The notes under the pieces are model-generated. The model made no database searches. It saw only the letters and a program-made list of their open reading frames with translations, and was not told the DNA's origin. Below are positions 42,178-53,741 of a DNA stretch of 64,000 bases, in pieces. Location: the NCBI GenBank assembly GCA_000004985.1, contig GG738919.1, one strand, 5' to 3'. Source of the DNA: Naegleria gruberi. Its lineage: Eukaryota. The translations under genes and the position numbers were made by a program. Every line of letters starts with the position of its first letter. Position 1 is the stretch's first letter.

Positions 42178-44131
42178 ACTAATAATGCTTAATTTCAATA
42201 GAAATACTGTGTTGACAATGCACGATATTCAGAATGTTCAGCTGTTCATTGGTGAAATTTATATATTTGGAATTTATCCTAATAATTCACATGTAAATCC
42301 GAAGGAATTAATGGAATCCGAAGAGTTACTAGAGTTACACGAAAATTTGATTAATGTTTCTTCTGAATTGTTGGATTTGTGGAATCTTCTTATATTTGGT
42401 GACTACACCAAAGGGCAAACACCTATCCTATTAAGATATGGAAAAGTTGATGACATGATTCAAGGACACGGTTGCTCGCAATTGACCAATTCAACTCTAA
42501 AAACATGTTACGGATTAGATGAATTGGTTAAAGCCTTTGTGCTTAGTTCACATGAGATCAACGAAAGGGTCAATAATAAGGGACCTAATAACTATATTCA
42601 AACATTTGATGATTTGATAGATTTTTATTTCAGGACCAATATTCTCACTTCTAACTTGTTTACATTCTTGGACATTTTTGTTTCCAGCTCATCAGCTAAT
42701 CTTGTGATTTCTATTCTTGTGTTTGTTGCTGCAAGTATTATGATGATGGTGTTGACATTTTTAATACACAACTCAATTGAAAAGACTGAACAGGAAGTCA
42801 ATCAAGTGAGATCATTACTGAATTATGTTCCTGTTGATAATTTGGATGCTAAGGAAGAGCTCCGAACCTATGTTTTGCACAATTCCTTACCAAGCTTGAT
42901 TCATAGAAATCATACGGATTCAAATGATGACAATGTTAGAAATATGTTAAATGCAGCAGTCGATGGAGCTGTAATGTGTAATGATAAGGGAGATATTGAA
43001 ATATTCAACCCAGCTGCTTCTAGAATTCATGGAAGACAAGCAGACGAAGTATTAGGAAGACCTTTCTGGATCCTATTCGACACCAAATATCATGATGAAA
43101 TCAAATCTGTAATGTCACTTATGATTAAAGGCAACCATTTGAATCATGCAGGAGAGACGAAAGAAGTTGAAGGCCTCAGAAAGAACGGCACCAAATTCCC
43201 AGCCATCATTACAATTTCAGGAACAACTTATGATTCCAAGGTGATTTACATTTGCTTTATCAAAGATATCAGCTCTGAAAAGAAGCAAAATGCTCTCCTT
43301 GCAGAAGAGAAGAAGAATAGTGAAAATCTCTTGAAGAATATTCTTCCAAGTGCTGTAGCTCAAAAGCTCAAAGCCGGTGAAACATTCATAGCTGAAAAAT
43401 TCTCTGATGTAACATGCTTCTTCTCTGATATGGTTGGTTTTACCTCTATCAGTAGTAAGATGGGTGCCAATGAATTAGTGGGAATGTTGAACGCAATTGT
43501 GAACGGATTTGATGCCCTCACAGAAAAGTATGATTTGGAAAAGATTAAAACAATTGGTGATGCTTATTTTGCTACAGGTGGTTTGTGGCAAACAAGTGAT
43601 CACCCTGAGAGAGTTCTCATGTTTGCATTGGATACATTCTATGTGATTAGAACGTACAATACAAGTAACATTGCTCAACAATTGAGAAAGATTGACAATT
43701 TAGATGCTCCAGATATTCACAAGGTTATTCCTCAAATAGACATTAGAATTGGTATCAATACTGGTGAGTGTGTTGCAGGTGTTATTGGAACTAAAAAGTT
43801 TGCCTATGATTTATGGGGAGACACCATTAACGTGGCCTCTAGAATGGAATCTACAAGTAAACCAGGCCAAGTGCAAATTTCCAGAAGTACCTTTGAAAGA
43901 GTTCACGATTTACCAAAACTGAAATTTGAAGAAAGATTTGTTGAAGTTAAAGGAAAAGGTAAAATGCAAAGTTATCTTGTGGATCCATCCTGCCATGATT
44001 GTGCAAAACTTAATGAAGAAACCATTAAGGTTTTGATTGATGAAGAAAAGTCCCTACGAAATGAACTCAATCCAAGAGAATCTTTTGATTTAACAGGTGG
44101 AAATGTTGCAGAACCACCAACAACCTTGTAA
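42167..44131 (+). CDS. PAS domain + class III adenylate/guanylate cyclase catalytic domain
   Basis: TM helix, then a PAS-like segment (NAAVDGAVMCNDKGDIEIFNPAASRIHGRQADEVLGRPFWILFD...). The cyclase homology domain follows: FSDMVGFTSISS, KIKTIGDAYFATGG and GINTGECVAGVIGTKKFAYDLWGDTINVASRMES. Nucleotide specificity cannot be called by eye. Confidence 0.85.
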   Translation: MYFELIMLNFNRNTVLTMHDIQNVQLFIGEIYIFGIYPNNSHVNPKELMESEELLELHENLINVSSELLDLWNLLIFGDYTKGQTPILLRYGKVDDMIQGHGCSQLTNSTLKTCYGLDELVKAFVLSSHEINERVNNKGPNNYIQTFDDLIDFYFRTNILTSNLFTFLDIFVSSSSANLVISILVFVAASIMMMVLTFLIHNSIEKTEQEVNQVRSLLNYVPVDNLDAKEELRTYVLHNSLPSLIHRNHTDSNDDNVRNMLNAAVDGAVMCNDKGDIEIFNPAASRIHGRQADEVLGRPFWILFDTKYHDEIKSVMSLMIKGNHLNHAGETKEVEGLRKNGTKFPAIITISGTTYDSKVIYICFIKDISSEKKQNALLAEEKKNSENLLKNILPSAVAQKLKAGETFIAEKFSDVTCFFSDMVGFTSISSKMGANELVGMLNAIVNGFDALTEKYDLEKIKTIGDAYFATGGLWQTSDHPERVLMFALDTFYVIRTYNTSNIAQQLRKIDNLDAPDIHKVIPQIDIRIGINTGECVAGVIGTKKFAYDLWGDTINVASRMESTSKPGQVQISRSTFERVHDLPKLKFEERFVEVKGKGKMQSYLVDPSCHDCAKLNEETIKVLIDEEKSLRNELNPRESFDLTGGNVAEPPTTL

Positions 44132-44336
44132 ATATACTCTTAATTTTGGATTTGTCAATAGGAATTCGTTATATTCTAGTTAGTTGGAACGCTATCACCA
44201 TGTTAAATAACAAAGAAGTAGTATTGGCAGCTGTCAAATAAACTGCCTTTACCTTTCATTTTATTGATGAATCATTGCTAATTCAGAATTTGCATCACTC
44301 AAAGGTAACTGAAATCAATTACAAACAAAGTACAAC

Positions 44337-45464
44337 TCACAATGGTTCAAACACAATTCGTTTGGCAAGTGATGTTGCTGTAACCTTAAACGTTACTGAA
44401 CCATCTGGAACTCCCTCTTCCTGAACTGTCAATTTAAACACATACTCTCCCTCTGTAGGAATATACGTATAATCATTACTCAACACTAATAAATCTCCCT
44501 TCTGAATAATATCCAATTTAGCAGGTCCACTTTCTAGAGTATATGTAAATTTGAGTTTATCCATCTTGGCAGAACCCTTATAATCTTTTGGAAATGAAAT
44601 GATTGGTGAGATAATGTACAAATTTCCAATGATGAATTTGAGATCTTTCTGATTTTGAATGGAAACTATTGGAGCAGCACCGTCGATTATTTCGAACGAG
44701 GTGGTGGCTGAGGCAGATTCAGATTTGGAATTTCTGACGGATACTTGGACTGTGTAGACACCAATATCAAGATTTGAAACTCTCATTGTTATTGAACTAT
44801 CTGTAATGGTTGAAAGAGAAGCTTTTAAAGTTTCGAATGCGCTATTCGAAGGAGCCTTGATAACTTTCCACGACACTTCTGAACTACTAGCTGGAACTAC
44901 ACTAGATACAAATGCTTCCAAATGCAACAGAGAGGACCTTGCCTTATCTTTTAAAATATGCGATCTGTCCGCTGTCAAACTAACTGTCAATTCATTCTTT
45001 CGTTTTCCCCACTTGACAGTTACAATTTCTACAATTGAACTTGAAAAGTGTTTTCTAACAGATAATCCACCCATCTTGAGGATTGAAGCATCACTCCCCA
45101 ATTCAATTATCAATCGATTCGTTTCTCCATTCAATAAACATTTTGCTCCCTTTCCTAAAACACTTTCGTTTAGAATTAATTCTGAACATTCGAATATTTT
45201 GGAAGAAAGATTAGTTTTGATGAGAGCAGTGATTGATTTTGCATTATCTGTGAATTTGAATGAAGAAGTATCAATAAAGAGTTCTTCTTCTGATTTTGTT
45301 AGAGTTGTTGATGTTAGATTGCAAGGTAAATCATTTTCACATGATTGACGTGTGTCGTTTTCAAGTAGAATAACTTGTTTAGATATTTTGACAAGATAGA
45401 TTGTTGTGCAAACTGCAATTATTCCACACACTAACAAGATTGCCAATGAATGTGTTTTCAACAT
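44337..45464 (-). CDS. signal-anchored protein with beta-rich Ig/PKD-like repeats (hypothetical)
   Basis: N-terminal hydrophobic signal/anchor (MLKTHSLAILLVCGIIAVCTTIYLV). The rest is Ser/Thr/Val-rich with alternating patterns typical of extracellular beta-sandwich repeats. Confidence 0.45.
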   Translation of the reverse strand: MLKTHSLAILLVCGIIAVCTTIYLVKISKQVILLENDTRQSCENDLPCNLTSTTLTKSEEELFIDTSSFKFTDNAKSITALIKTNLSSKIFECSELILNESVLGKGAKCLLNGETNRLIIELGSDASILKMGGLSVRKHFSSSIVEIVTVKWGKRKNELTVSLTADRSHILKDKARSSLLHLEAFVSSVVPASSSEVSWKVIKAPSNSAFETLKASLSTITDSSITMRVSNLDIGVYTVQVSVRNSKSESASATTSFEIIDGAAPIVSIQNQKDLKFIIGNLYIISPIISFPKDYKGSAKMDKLKFTYTLESGPAKLDIIQKGDLLVLSNDYTYIPTEGEYVFKLTVQEEGVPDGSVTFKVTATSLAKRIVFEPL

Positions 45465-47483
45465 GTTGTTTTTTTTTTGATTGTAGCGTTTGACAGTTCG
45501 CTGTCGTTATTCTCTCAAAAGGGATAATTCGTAGCGTACAAATAACTTGACCCTTCGTGCTTCCCTCCATTACAACATGCCAAATCTCATTTTCACAAAA
45601 CCTTTCCTTTTTCAATAAAGTAAAAGGCCTTGGCCAATCTTTCTGTTTACAACATCAAGGTTCACAAATTTACAGTAAAATTTATTGAGTTTTGAATTAA
45701 ATAAAAACAACAGTAGATTATGTAGATTATGATTGTATTGGTGGTTGAAGGAAAATGAAAATTGTAATCCAAAGGATTTTTTGGTTCATGAAAATCATTG
45801 TTGTGCATAGTCCTTAACAAGATATTACACATCATTTGGTGATGGTGAAAGGGTTATTCAAAGAATCTATTGTATTTTAGACAATATTCAAAGGATTGCA
45901 ATGTGGTGGTGTTAAAACAATAATTGAAGGAGAACCAAATAATAGTAATGCGCTTTTGTTTGAATAGATGTGGTTTTATAGAGTAAAAAGACTACAGCAC
46001 CACAGGTTCCCAAGTTGTCTCCAACCTCAGTACTGATGTGGCTCGACGATGCTTAACTTCTCAAATCGGACGGGATGAGGTGCATTCATCGTGATATGGC
46101 CGTAGCCATTCATTAATTGAAAATTTGGGAAATAAACAAAGTTATAAGGGATTCTGGGGAAGGAAATTAGAACGAAAAGGAATGTTGGAAGGCTTGTTGA
46201 ATATCTTGGCCAACTTTTGAAGTAAAAGTACAAGATGAATGTTATTGTTAGATTACATTATAGAGATGTATTTATTCATGTATTGATGAAGAATGATAAA
46301 GTAGATGATGAATAATTAATGTTAGGAAGCATGTAATTCTAACTTTTCAAACTCTGGACAAAAGTTGAAAAACATTGCAAGAACATCCTTACTGATGTGG
46401 TACAATAATAAATCTTTGCCCTCCTCTTGAAATTGAACAGGTTTTCCAAGGTGTTTTAGCTTGTGGAAAATAATTACCTATTCTTCTCCAACTCTTCATA
46501 CACTTGATGGAAAGTTTTGAAACTTTCTGGAGTGATGCTAGTGAACATTTAGAGCATACCTATGATGTTTTTGTTGCTATAGATGGTGTTCTTGATGATG
46601 AAAATATTAAAATTAATAAATTGATGAAAATATTCTGGCAGTAACAGAATCGCATCTATTTGATTGTTATATTCATGTTGATTACTAATAGATGATGTGA
46701 GTTTTAATTGTCCACTTTAACAAAATTTTCCATCAATTTAATCATTACCTTTTAAAATTTGTATTTCATTGTAAAATCCAATAAAATCTATTCATATACA
46801 CTCTATATGATCCAATCATGTTGTGTTGAAAATGGTTTTCCCAGTCATGAAGAATTGACTTTGAAAATCATCAATGATGTAAATTGTTGATGAAATATTT
46901 TCTTTAATTTTTTCATCATCAAAACCCTTTTCAATCAAAAAACTCGTCAATAATTTTTTCATCACAATCGCAACAAAAGAATTGTCTTGATAGAAATTAT
47001 TTATTATTTCTATGGATACTCAATAAGAAGTTAAATTTGCATTGTTTGGATAATTATTCTTCACATTCATAGATACAAGATGAGACTTTCCACAATGATA
47101 CTATCGATAATTAACAACATTTTGATATCTGTTGATGAATTTAAATTATGTTGCAACATGATGAAGAAAATGAGAAATTATAATTTTGATGAAAATCTTG
47201 TTGCAAGAAAATCCTTGGATACGCTTGAATATCATCTATTAATCCTATTCTATCATAGAAGATGTTATCATGCCATCAAACAATTATTACAATTTTTAAT
47301 AATTAAAAATTGCTTTCAATCTCCTCAATTCCATTTACAACACAATTATCCTTCATCACCATCTCCTCTCCACCGTCCACTCCCTCCACTCACAAAATTA
47401 TTCTTCATAACTCCATCAATTGCTTCCACAATTCATCTCATCCTATTTTCTCTAAAATTTTAATTTAAAAAAATCAAAGAAAA

Positions 47484-50400
47484 ATGTATCAAAAACTTCC
47501 ACCATGGACAGGCAAAGTAATCTTACGAACCATGATACAAGAAGATCCAACTCAACAGGAGAGGATGGGTGTTGTGGGACCCAATTCAAATCCCTTCTCG
47601 ATGGGCATGATGATGGATGATTTTCTTCCCGAGGTTGTGGACAAGGTTGATTTATCTTTTTATAATTATTCAGCTGATGAACGACAACAAGGGAATAATC
47701 AACAAGTAACCTCCACAGCTGCCGAGTTGGAAGAGAGAAAATTATTGGAAAATGGAATTAAATTATTACGAATGATTAAAAGTAGTTTTCAAGATATTCC
47801 AAATCAAATATTGGAAGCAGAACAAGAAATTGAATCTTTCATTCAGAATGTATATACAAAGAATGGATTTGATAGGAATGATGAATGGATTTCAAAGGCT
47901 TTTATGAGTGATGTATTGATTGATAAATTCTTTGATTGGATGATGGAACTTTTAGTTGATACGACCACTTCGAAACTAATGTACTTGTTGCATGTGATTA
48001 CTGTGAATAGGACTTTTAAAGAGAATGTGAAGAGAAGACACTTGGTTCGTTTGTGTAATTATGTGCTACCTTATGAAAGGTTTGAAATACCTTTCAATTT
48101 GTACTTTGGACCATTCTTGAATGAGTTGTTGCACTTATCTTGGAATGTATTGGAAACTGTTTTAATAGATGAATTGAAAACCGCTAAAAACCCTCTCCCA
48201 CCAAAGGAAAGAAACAAGAGAGGAGCTCAAGTATTATACGAGTCAAGATGCATTGATTGTTTGACATTAATTGCAACTTCCAATGAAATCTATCGACCAA
48301 AATTATTGGAAATATTTGAGGAAATTCTCAGCTCATGTGAAGATCCTTATATCACCTCTATAATTGTTGCTGATATGAAGGCCTTGAAACTAATTAATAA
48401 GAAATCATTTAGACTTATTGAGAGAGCATACATGAGTAAGGATGTGTTTGAAGATATTACTGGAACTTTTTTCGAATTTTCTCAGCAAGTTGATATGGTC
48501 GATAAAGTGAGTTTGACTGCTTCATCACTACTAAATAAGAAATTATCAGTAGAGGAATCTAAGGCAAAGAAGAGGGTCAGAAAAATTAGGGATATTGCCA
48601 TTGCATCAATAGTAGAGTCAGGATTCAAATTGGCAACCTCTACACAATTTTCGGACATGAAAGGAGAATTTGATATTGACCCTAATATTTATTCAGTCGA
48701 AAAAATGTTTGAACATTTAAAGGAATTGAACTTATTGCCAATATCATCTATTGAGAGGTTAAGACCAGAAACAGAGGCTGACAAGGCAGATTTTACAAAG
48801 GTTTCTCTAATGTTATTGAGAGTAAGTTTTATTTAGTACATTCCCATTTATTTGAATGCAAACTCTGTAAAGTTTGAGTATTATTTGAGAAAAAAAGTTG
48901 TCAAGAAGGGAAATCAATTGTTAAGAGTGGATGACATTAGAGAATCGACAATTAATATCATTGATTCGTGCATGATGAGAGGGTTGACCTATTTCACACA
49001 ACATGATTATCAACCACTACTCGATTATGTATTCAAAGAGAGTAGTCACAATAGATACAGATTAGATGATGTTTTATACTTTTTATCCATGGCAATTAAT
49101 AGTAATTTCATGATCATCGAACGTAATTTCAGTAATTCCTTCTCTTTGAAGCCATTATACACCTACTTGATAGATATTGGAATGGCAGAGAGATTGGAAC
49201 AAATAATTTTGGAAAATATGAAGATTTCTGAAAGTGAAGATGAATATTCCAAATCAATCAAAATATCCACCATTCGTGAGGCTGTTGGATTAATAGGTGA
49301 ATTAGTCAATAGTAAGTAATATTAATTATTTCAAAAACTAAAATATATCCTACTATTATCTCAGACTCTTCACATGATGATATAGGAAGAGCTAGTTATC
49401 TGTTAAATAGAACAAATGTGTTGGATATTATAGTAGCTGTTTGGGTTGAATTTTCAAAGGTCCCATCTATTATGGAGGTTTGTGCTGTTGCAATGAATGG
49501 AGCTTTAAGGATGGAAAAATTGGTCCTTTCATTTATATTCGAAAAGCATTTTCTAGCCTGTATGGTTCATTCATTCGAGTTTTTAAAGCAATATCAATTG
49601 GAAAATAGCGAAGAATCTCTAGTAATACTCGATAGCATGTTCCATTTGATTCAGAAAGCTGGTTTGCCTGGTATTGTAAAGTCTTCTAAAGGTGTCTTCC
49701 CAAAAACACAAAGAAAAATAATTCAAGCCATGGAACAAGCTGGTATAATCAAGAGAGTGTTTGAATTCTTATTGGAAAGAGATTTTTCCAAATTAGCCAC
49801 TGGTACAGAACCAAAAGATATTAGGGCATCAGGATGGTCTGATTCACTGGCAACCTTTTTGGCTTATCTTTCCAGAAATCCACCAACCAGAGAACATTAC
49901 TATGATAATGATTTCAAGGTGTTGAGATTTTTAGTCAAGGAAGTTCTCTTTACAATTCATGATCAATTAGCCAAATATTCTGTGAATAATTTACCAGAAG
50001 CTCGCAGTTCATTATGTGCATCCTTTATTAATTATCTCTCTGTTGTTAATCATATTCTGTGGGATATTAAGGCTTGTAAATTCCTATTCGAAGATGTTAA
50101 CAATAGATCTTCCAAATCTGGATTGGCATTGGAAAACATGTGCTTCTTTTGGCTTTCTAAAATGTTGGAACATGTAAAGAGAATCAAAAGACTCAATCAA
50201 GTTCAAACCTTAGTTTTTTCAAGGACACTATTTTGCACTTCATGCTTGATGGGAGATGAATCTTTTTGCAATACCTTATTATCAGATGATCAATTCCTAC
50301 CTAAAATTATGGAAGTACTGAAATTTTTAACCAACAATCAACTCATGATTCCTGATATTAATTTATCCTCAGTCAAAATTATAACAGTTGCATTGAGACA

Positions 50401-50743
50401 TGAAAGCTCAAAAGGAAAGATCAATGTTGATACACTTTTGGGATTTATTGTGAATCAGATGGATGATATGGCACCTGTGGAAACATTATTTTATGATCTC
50501 ATAGGAAGTCAATTTGGAGCAGAGGCAGAGAAATTAATCAATACAAAATATACAAGTCTCAAAAAGTCATTGAATAACACTAAGAAACAAGTGGATAAAT
50601 GCGCAACTTGTAAAAATCTTTGTGGTGAGAAGGGAGAGCCACTTAAAAGTTGCTCCAGATGTGGAAAAGTCAAGTATTGTTGTAGAGATTGCCAAGTTAA
50701 AGATTGGCAAAACCACAAACCGGAATGCACTAAAAAGGCTTAG
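47484..50743 (+). CDS. large MYND zinc-finger protein encoded by three consecutive ORF segments (47484..48836, 48837/48852..49319, 49365/49418..50743)
   Basis: C-terminal zf-MYND (CATCKNLCGEKGEPLKSCSRCGKVKYCCRDCQVKDWQNHKPEC). Segments 1 and 2 are in the same frame, separated by a single TAG at 48834..48836. Segments 2 and 3 are joined in frame by donor A|GTAAGT at 49312 and acceptor TCTCAG| at 49364, a 53-nt intron (phase 1). Confidence 0.55.
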
Positions 50744-50993
50744 GATGCCTTTATTCTTGATGAGTTTCAGCTTGTGATGAAGATATTCACCATTTATCAG
50801 CAATTTCATCATGAAATACATAGATAATGTTTAATAGTAGCAATTTCAAATGAACGTTGTTCTTGTGGAGAGTGGAATTGTTTGTTAAAAACCTTAAAAA
50901 AATACCTCAACAAGTATTAAGGCTCTTCTGTTGAAAAAATTTGACAAAATCGGTTTGAAGAAGAGTTTCATTTATCGGAAAGTTTGTTAAGGG

Positions 50994-52325
50994 ATGGAAA
51001 GAACAATAATTATATTGGATGATTCTTTGGGAAGTGAGGCTCTTAAAGAACGTTATCTTGATGAACGTTTTGAATGGAAGTGTGATAGGTGTTTATTGAA
51101 TTCTTTGGATTTTTCTAACGTTTATTATTCAATGGATGAGTTTCTTAGATTAATAGACAATTTGAAAGATAATCGATTCTTTTCGGAAATCATCTTGAAG
51201 GCTGTCTCTTATGTTCCTTATGTTGTTTCTAAATGCTCTCCAAACATGATGAAACCATACTATGTAAGAGAGTTGATCAGTAGAAATGTTTCATGTTACA
51301 ACTTTTTGGAATTGCCTTATTATTCCAATGACAGGGAATGCCTTTTGAAAATAATAGCCAATACTAATTATTGTCAGATATTGGGTCAAGCTAGTGAAGA
51401 GTTGCAAAACGACAAGGCTTTCATTATGGAAGCCATTGAATGGAATTACAAGTGTTACTATTATTTGAAGGAAAGAATGAGAAAGGATAGAGATATTGCC
51501 TTGTTAGTAGTCTCAAAGGAAGGATACATGTTGGAAGATTCTGATATCAAGCACTGCTTTAGTGCAGATAAGGAGGTTGTTAAAGCTGCTGTCATGAGTT
51601 CACATTCGGCAATCATGTTTGCCAGTTCAAAATTGAAGGAAGATCGTGAATTTTTCAAGAATGATATTCTGCCTTTTGATCCTTCACTATTTAGATATGC
51701 TCACTTACAATTGAGAAGTGATATTACTTATATTTCAGAATTAATTGTTAACTTTCCGCAATGTATTCAGTATGCTATTAGTAATATTCAAGGAGATATT
51801 GAATATGTTTTGGAACTCATCAAAATTAATCCACTAGTTGTATTGTATGCAAATTGGAAGGAATTATCGACAGAATATGCTATCAAGAAGATTACACAAC
51901 ACGACCTTCCTGATTCAGTAATTAGCTCAATCTATGAAGAACTAGATGACGATTATGCTCTTGATAGTTTTGTAATGAGGAGCATACAAAGAGATCCAAA
52001 AACATTGCAATTGTTCCATCTACACAAAGGTTGTTTGCAAGTTGTTTCACATGCCGTCCAAATTGATGGTCTCACTTTGGAATATGCCGAGCGTCGTATT
52101 AGAATGGAGAAGGATATTGTAAGGAAGGCTTGCAAACAAAATCCAAACTCCTTCAAGTTTGCTGATCCAACTCTAAGGCAAGATTTGGAGTTTGTCTCTG
52201 AATTGATTGAAAAGGTACATCCAACTATAGTTTTTCATGCTTCCTTGCTTCCAAAAATTCAAAGAGATGTGATTAAAAAAACATTACTCAATAACCCAAA
52301 ACTCCTTAAGGAAGTCAACTGGTGA
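50994..52325 (+). CDS. repeat protein resembling DUF4116-type tandem helical repeats
   Basis: 443 aa. It has recurring ~35-aa units with D.(E/D)(F/Y)(V/I)LE.I..NP..(L/F)(Q/K)(Y/F)A...L(R/K).D.(E/D)...A-like periodicity (e.g. DKAFIMEAIEWNYKCYYYLKERMRKDRDIALLVV; DKEVVKAAVMSSHSAIMFASSKLKEDREFF). The family assignment is by pattern only. Confidence 0.5.
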   Translation: MERTIIILDDSLGSEALKERYLDERFEWKCDRCLLNSLDFSNVYYSMDEFLRLIDNLKDNRFFSEIILKAVSYVPYVVSKCSPNMMKPYYVRELISRNVSCYNFLELPYYSNDRECLLKIIANTNYCQILGQASEELQNDKAFIMEAIEWNYKCYYYLKERMRKDRDIALLVVSKEGYMLEDSDIKHCFSADKEVVKAAVMSSHSAIMFASSKLKEDREFFKNDILPFDPSLFRYAHLQLRSDITYISELIVNFPQCIQYAISNIQGDIEYVLELIKINPLVVLYANWKELSTEYAIKKITQHDLPDSVISSIYEELDDDYALDSFVMRSIQRDPKTLQLFHLHKGCLQVVSHAVQIDGLTLEYAERRIRMEKDIVRKACKQNPNSFKFADPTLRQDLEFVSELIEKVHPTIVFHASLLPKIQRDVIKKTLLNNPKLLKEVNW

Positions 52326-52330
52326 GAAAA

Positions 52331-53482
52331 CTAGAGTTTGGAAACTCTTTGAGAATTAGGATATTTAAGCAGAGTGGTATCTTTCCTGACAATGGTTCCA
52401 TTAATAATAAATTCATAAACCTGCTCCCATAAAAATGTAGAATCTCTTACGTATTTTTTGAATAGGCCTACATGACCGACTGAAATACTCTTTCTTGGAT
52501 TTGTTTCTGTACTTTTTGTCACTGGTAAAGGTGTTTTGAATAACTCGTAGTGATATTCCTTACACTTTCCATAAAATTTCTCATTGAACTTTTCAATAGA
52601 ATATTCATTACCATAAATGTCATCATCAAATAACCAAGTCAGTATTTTAACATGTGAAATAGCAACGGGGACAACAGGGTCATTGAATCCAATTGGTTTG
52701 TTTGGGTCTTGTACGCAGTGAGAAAGAAAATCATTTCCACAATGAACCATATACTCCTTTTGATGTTGAAAATAGTTCCACTGTTTTGCTACTTCAGTTG
52801 GCAGATCTTCCATTATTTTCCAAAATGTTCCTGAAGGGAAATAATTATACAAATACGAAAGAATTGGAATACTATAGAAGAATAATCTAACATTAATGTA
52901 ATTCCACAATGATTCCCAATTTCTGAATGGACTACTATAACCAAAGTAAGCATGATAGCTTGAGGCCAAGAATGCTCGATTGACAAGCTTTCCCAAATGT
53001 GGAGGGCAAGTCATAAGCAAGTAGGCTCCAATAGAGTGACCTACGACTGTCAATTCCATCTCACACGTTGATGCGTGTTGTGAGTGATATTCCTTAACAT
53101 GTTCCAACATTCCCCAGAAATCTTTAGCAAAATCCAAATATGAAACATCCTTCTGAATTGGTTTTTCAGTATTCCTAGATTTTCCCATTCCTCTATAATC
53201 ATACGTAAATACAATCACATTCTCCGATTGACCAGCAAGAAATTTAGCAAAGGACAAGTAAAAAGTCTGATGAATACCTGTAGCACAATTAATAATTACA
53301 TAATTAATTTTTCTTTTCATTCCCAAAGACAAGTTTTTTGAATCTTTCTCTTGTTGTTCATCTTTCTTATCTAATTTATTTAGTGGTGATGATGATGGCT
53401 TTGATGAAGAAGAAGAAAACAAATGGCCAACCAACGGATAATGATCAATTGCTGATTTAAATTCGAATACAATCGGGTGCAT
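52331..53482 (-). CDS. alpha/beta-hydrolase fold protein
   Basis: 383 aa with nucleophile elbow VVGHSIGAYLL (GxSxG). The surrounding strand/helix pattern is typical of ABHD-type hydrolases. Its stop is 5 nt from the stop of the convergent gene 50994..52325. Confidence 0.7.
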   Translation of the reverse strand: MHPIVFEFKSAIDHYPLVGHLFSSSSSKPSSSPLNKLDKKDEQQEKDSKNLSLGMKRKINYVIINCATGIHQTFYLSFAKFLAGQSENVIVFTYDYRGMGKSRNTEKPIQKDVSYLDFAKDFWGMLEHVKEYHSQHASTCEMELTVVGHSIGAYLLMTCPPHLGKLVNRAFLASSYHAYFGYSSPFRNWESLWNYINVRLFFYSIPILSYLYNYFPSGTFWKIMEDLPTEVAKQWNYFQHQKEYMVHCGNDFLSHCVQDPNKPIGFNDPVVPVAISHVKILTWLFDDDIYGNEYSIEKFNEKFYGKCKEYHYELFKTPLPVTKSTETNPRKSISVGHVGLFKKYVRDSTFLWEQVYEFIINGTIVRKDTTLLKYPNSQRVSKL

Positions 53483-53741
53483 TTTTTTCCTTGTTATGAC
53501 GAAAATAAATTATCGGAATTTTTCCTTGTTTGATCGATTTGATGAAAATTATTATTTGATGGTGTGAATATTTTCCCTCCAAAGAAAACCATTTTAATAA
53601 AATGTTATTTTGTTTGTTAATTTTAAATAAAAAATCAAAACCCACCCAATATTTCGCGCTAAACAAATATTTAGCACATCTCCCGTCATGTTTCTCAAGA
53701 TTCATCATCATTAAAAAAATTATCATCACCATCACAACAAC

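Noticed and set aside
44806-45348. 180-aa plus-strand ORF 44806..45348
   Set aside because: It is antisense to the 375-aa signal-anchored protein gene 44337..45464, which has a coherent signal peptide and domain-like organisation. The plus-strand ORF has neither.
47080-47463. 127-aa ORF immediately upstream of the MYND gene start
   Set aside because: It lies in a very AT-rich promoter-like region, has an odd composition, and is in a different frame from the downstream gene. It might be a 5' exon, but I could not find a frame-restoring splice.
45465-47483. Possible snRNA or other structured ncRNA in the 2-kb gene-free interval (e.g. around 46020..46110)
   Set aside because: I compared it by eye with U2, U4, U5, U6 and 7SL consensus sequences and found no convincing match. 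Only generic GC-richer patches are present.
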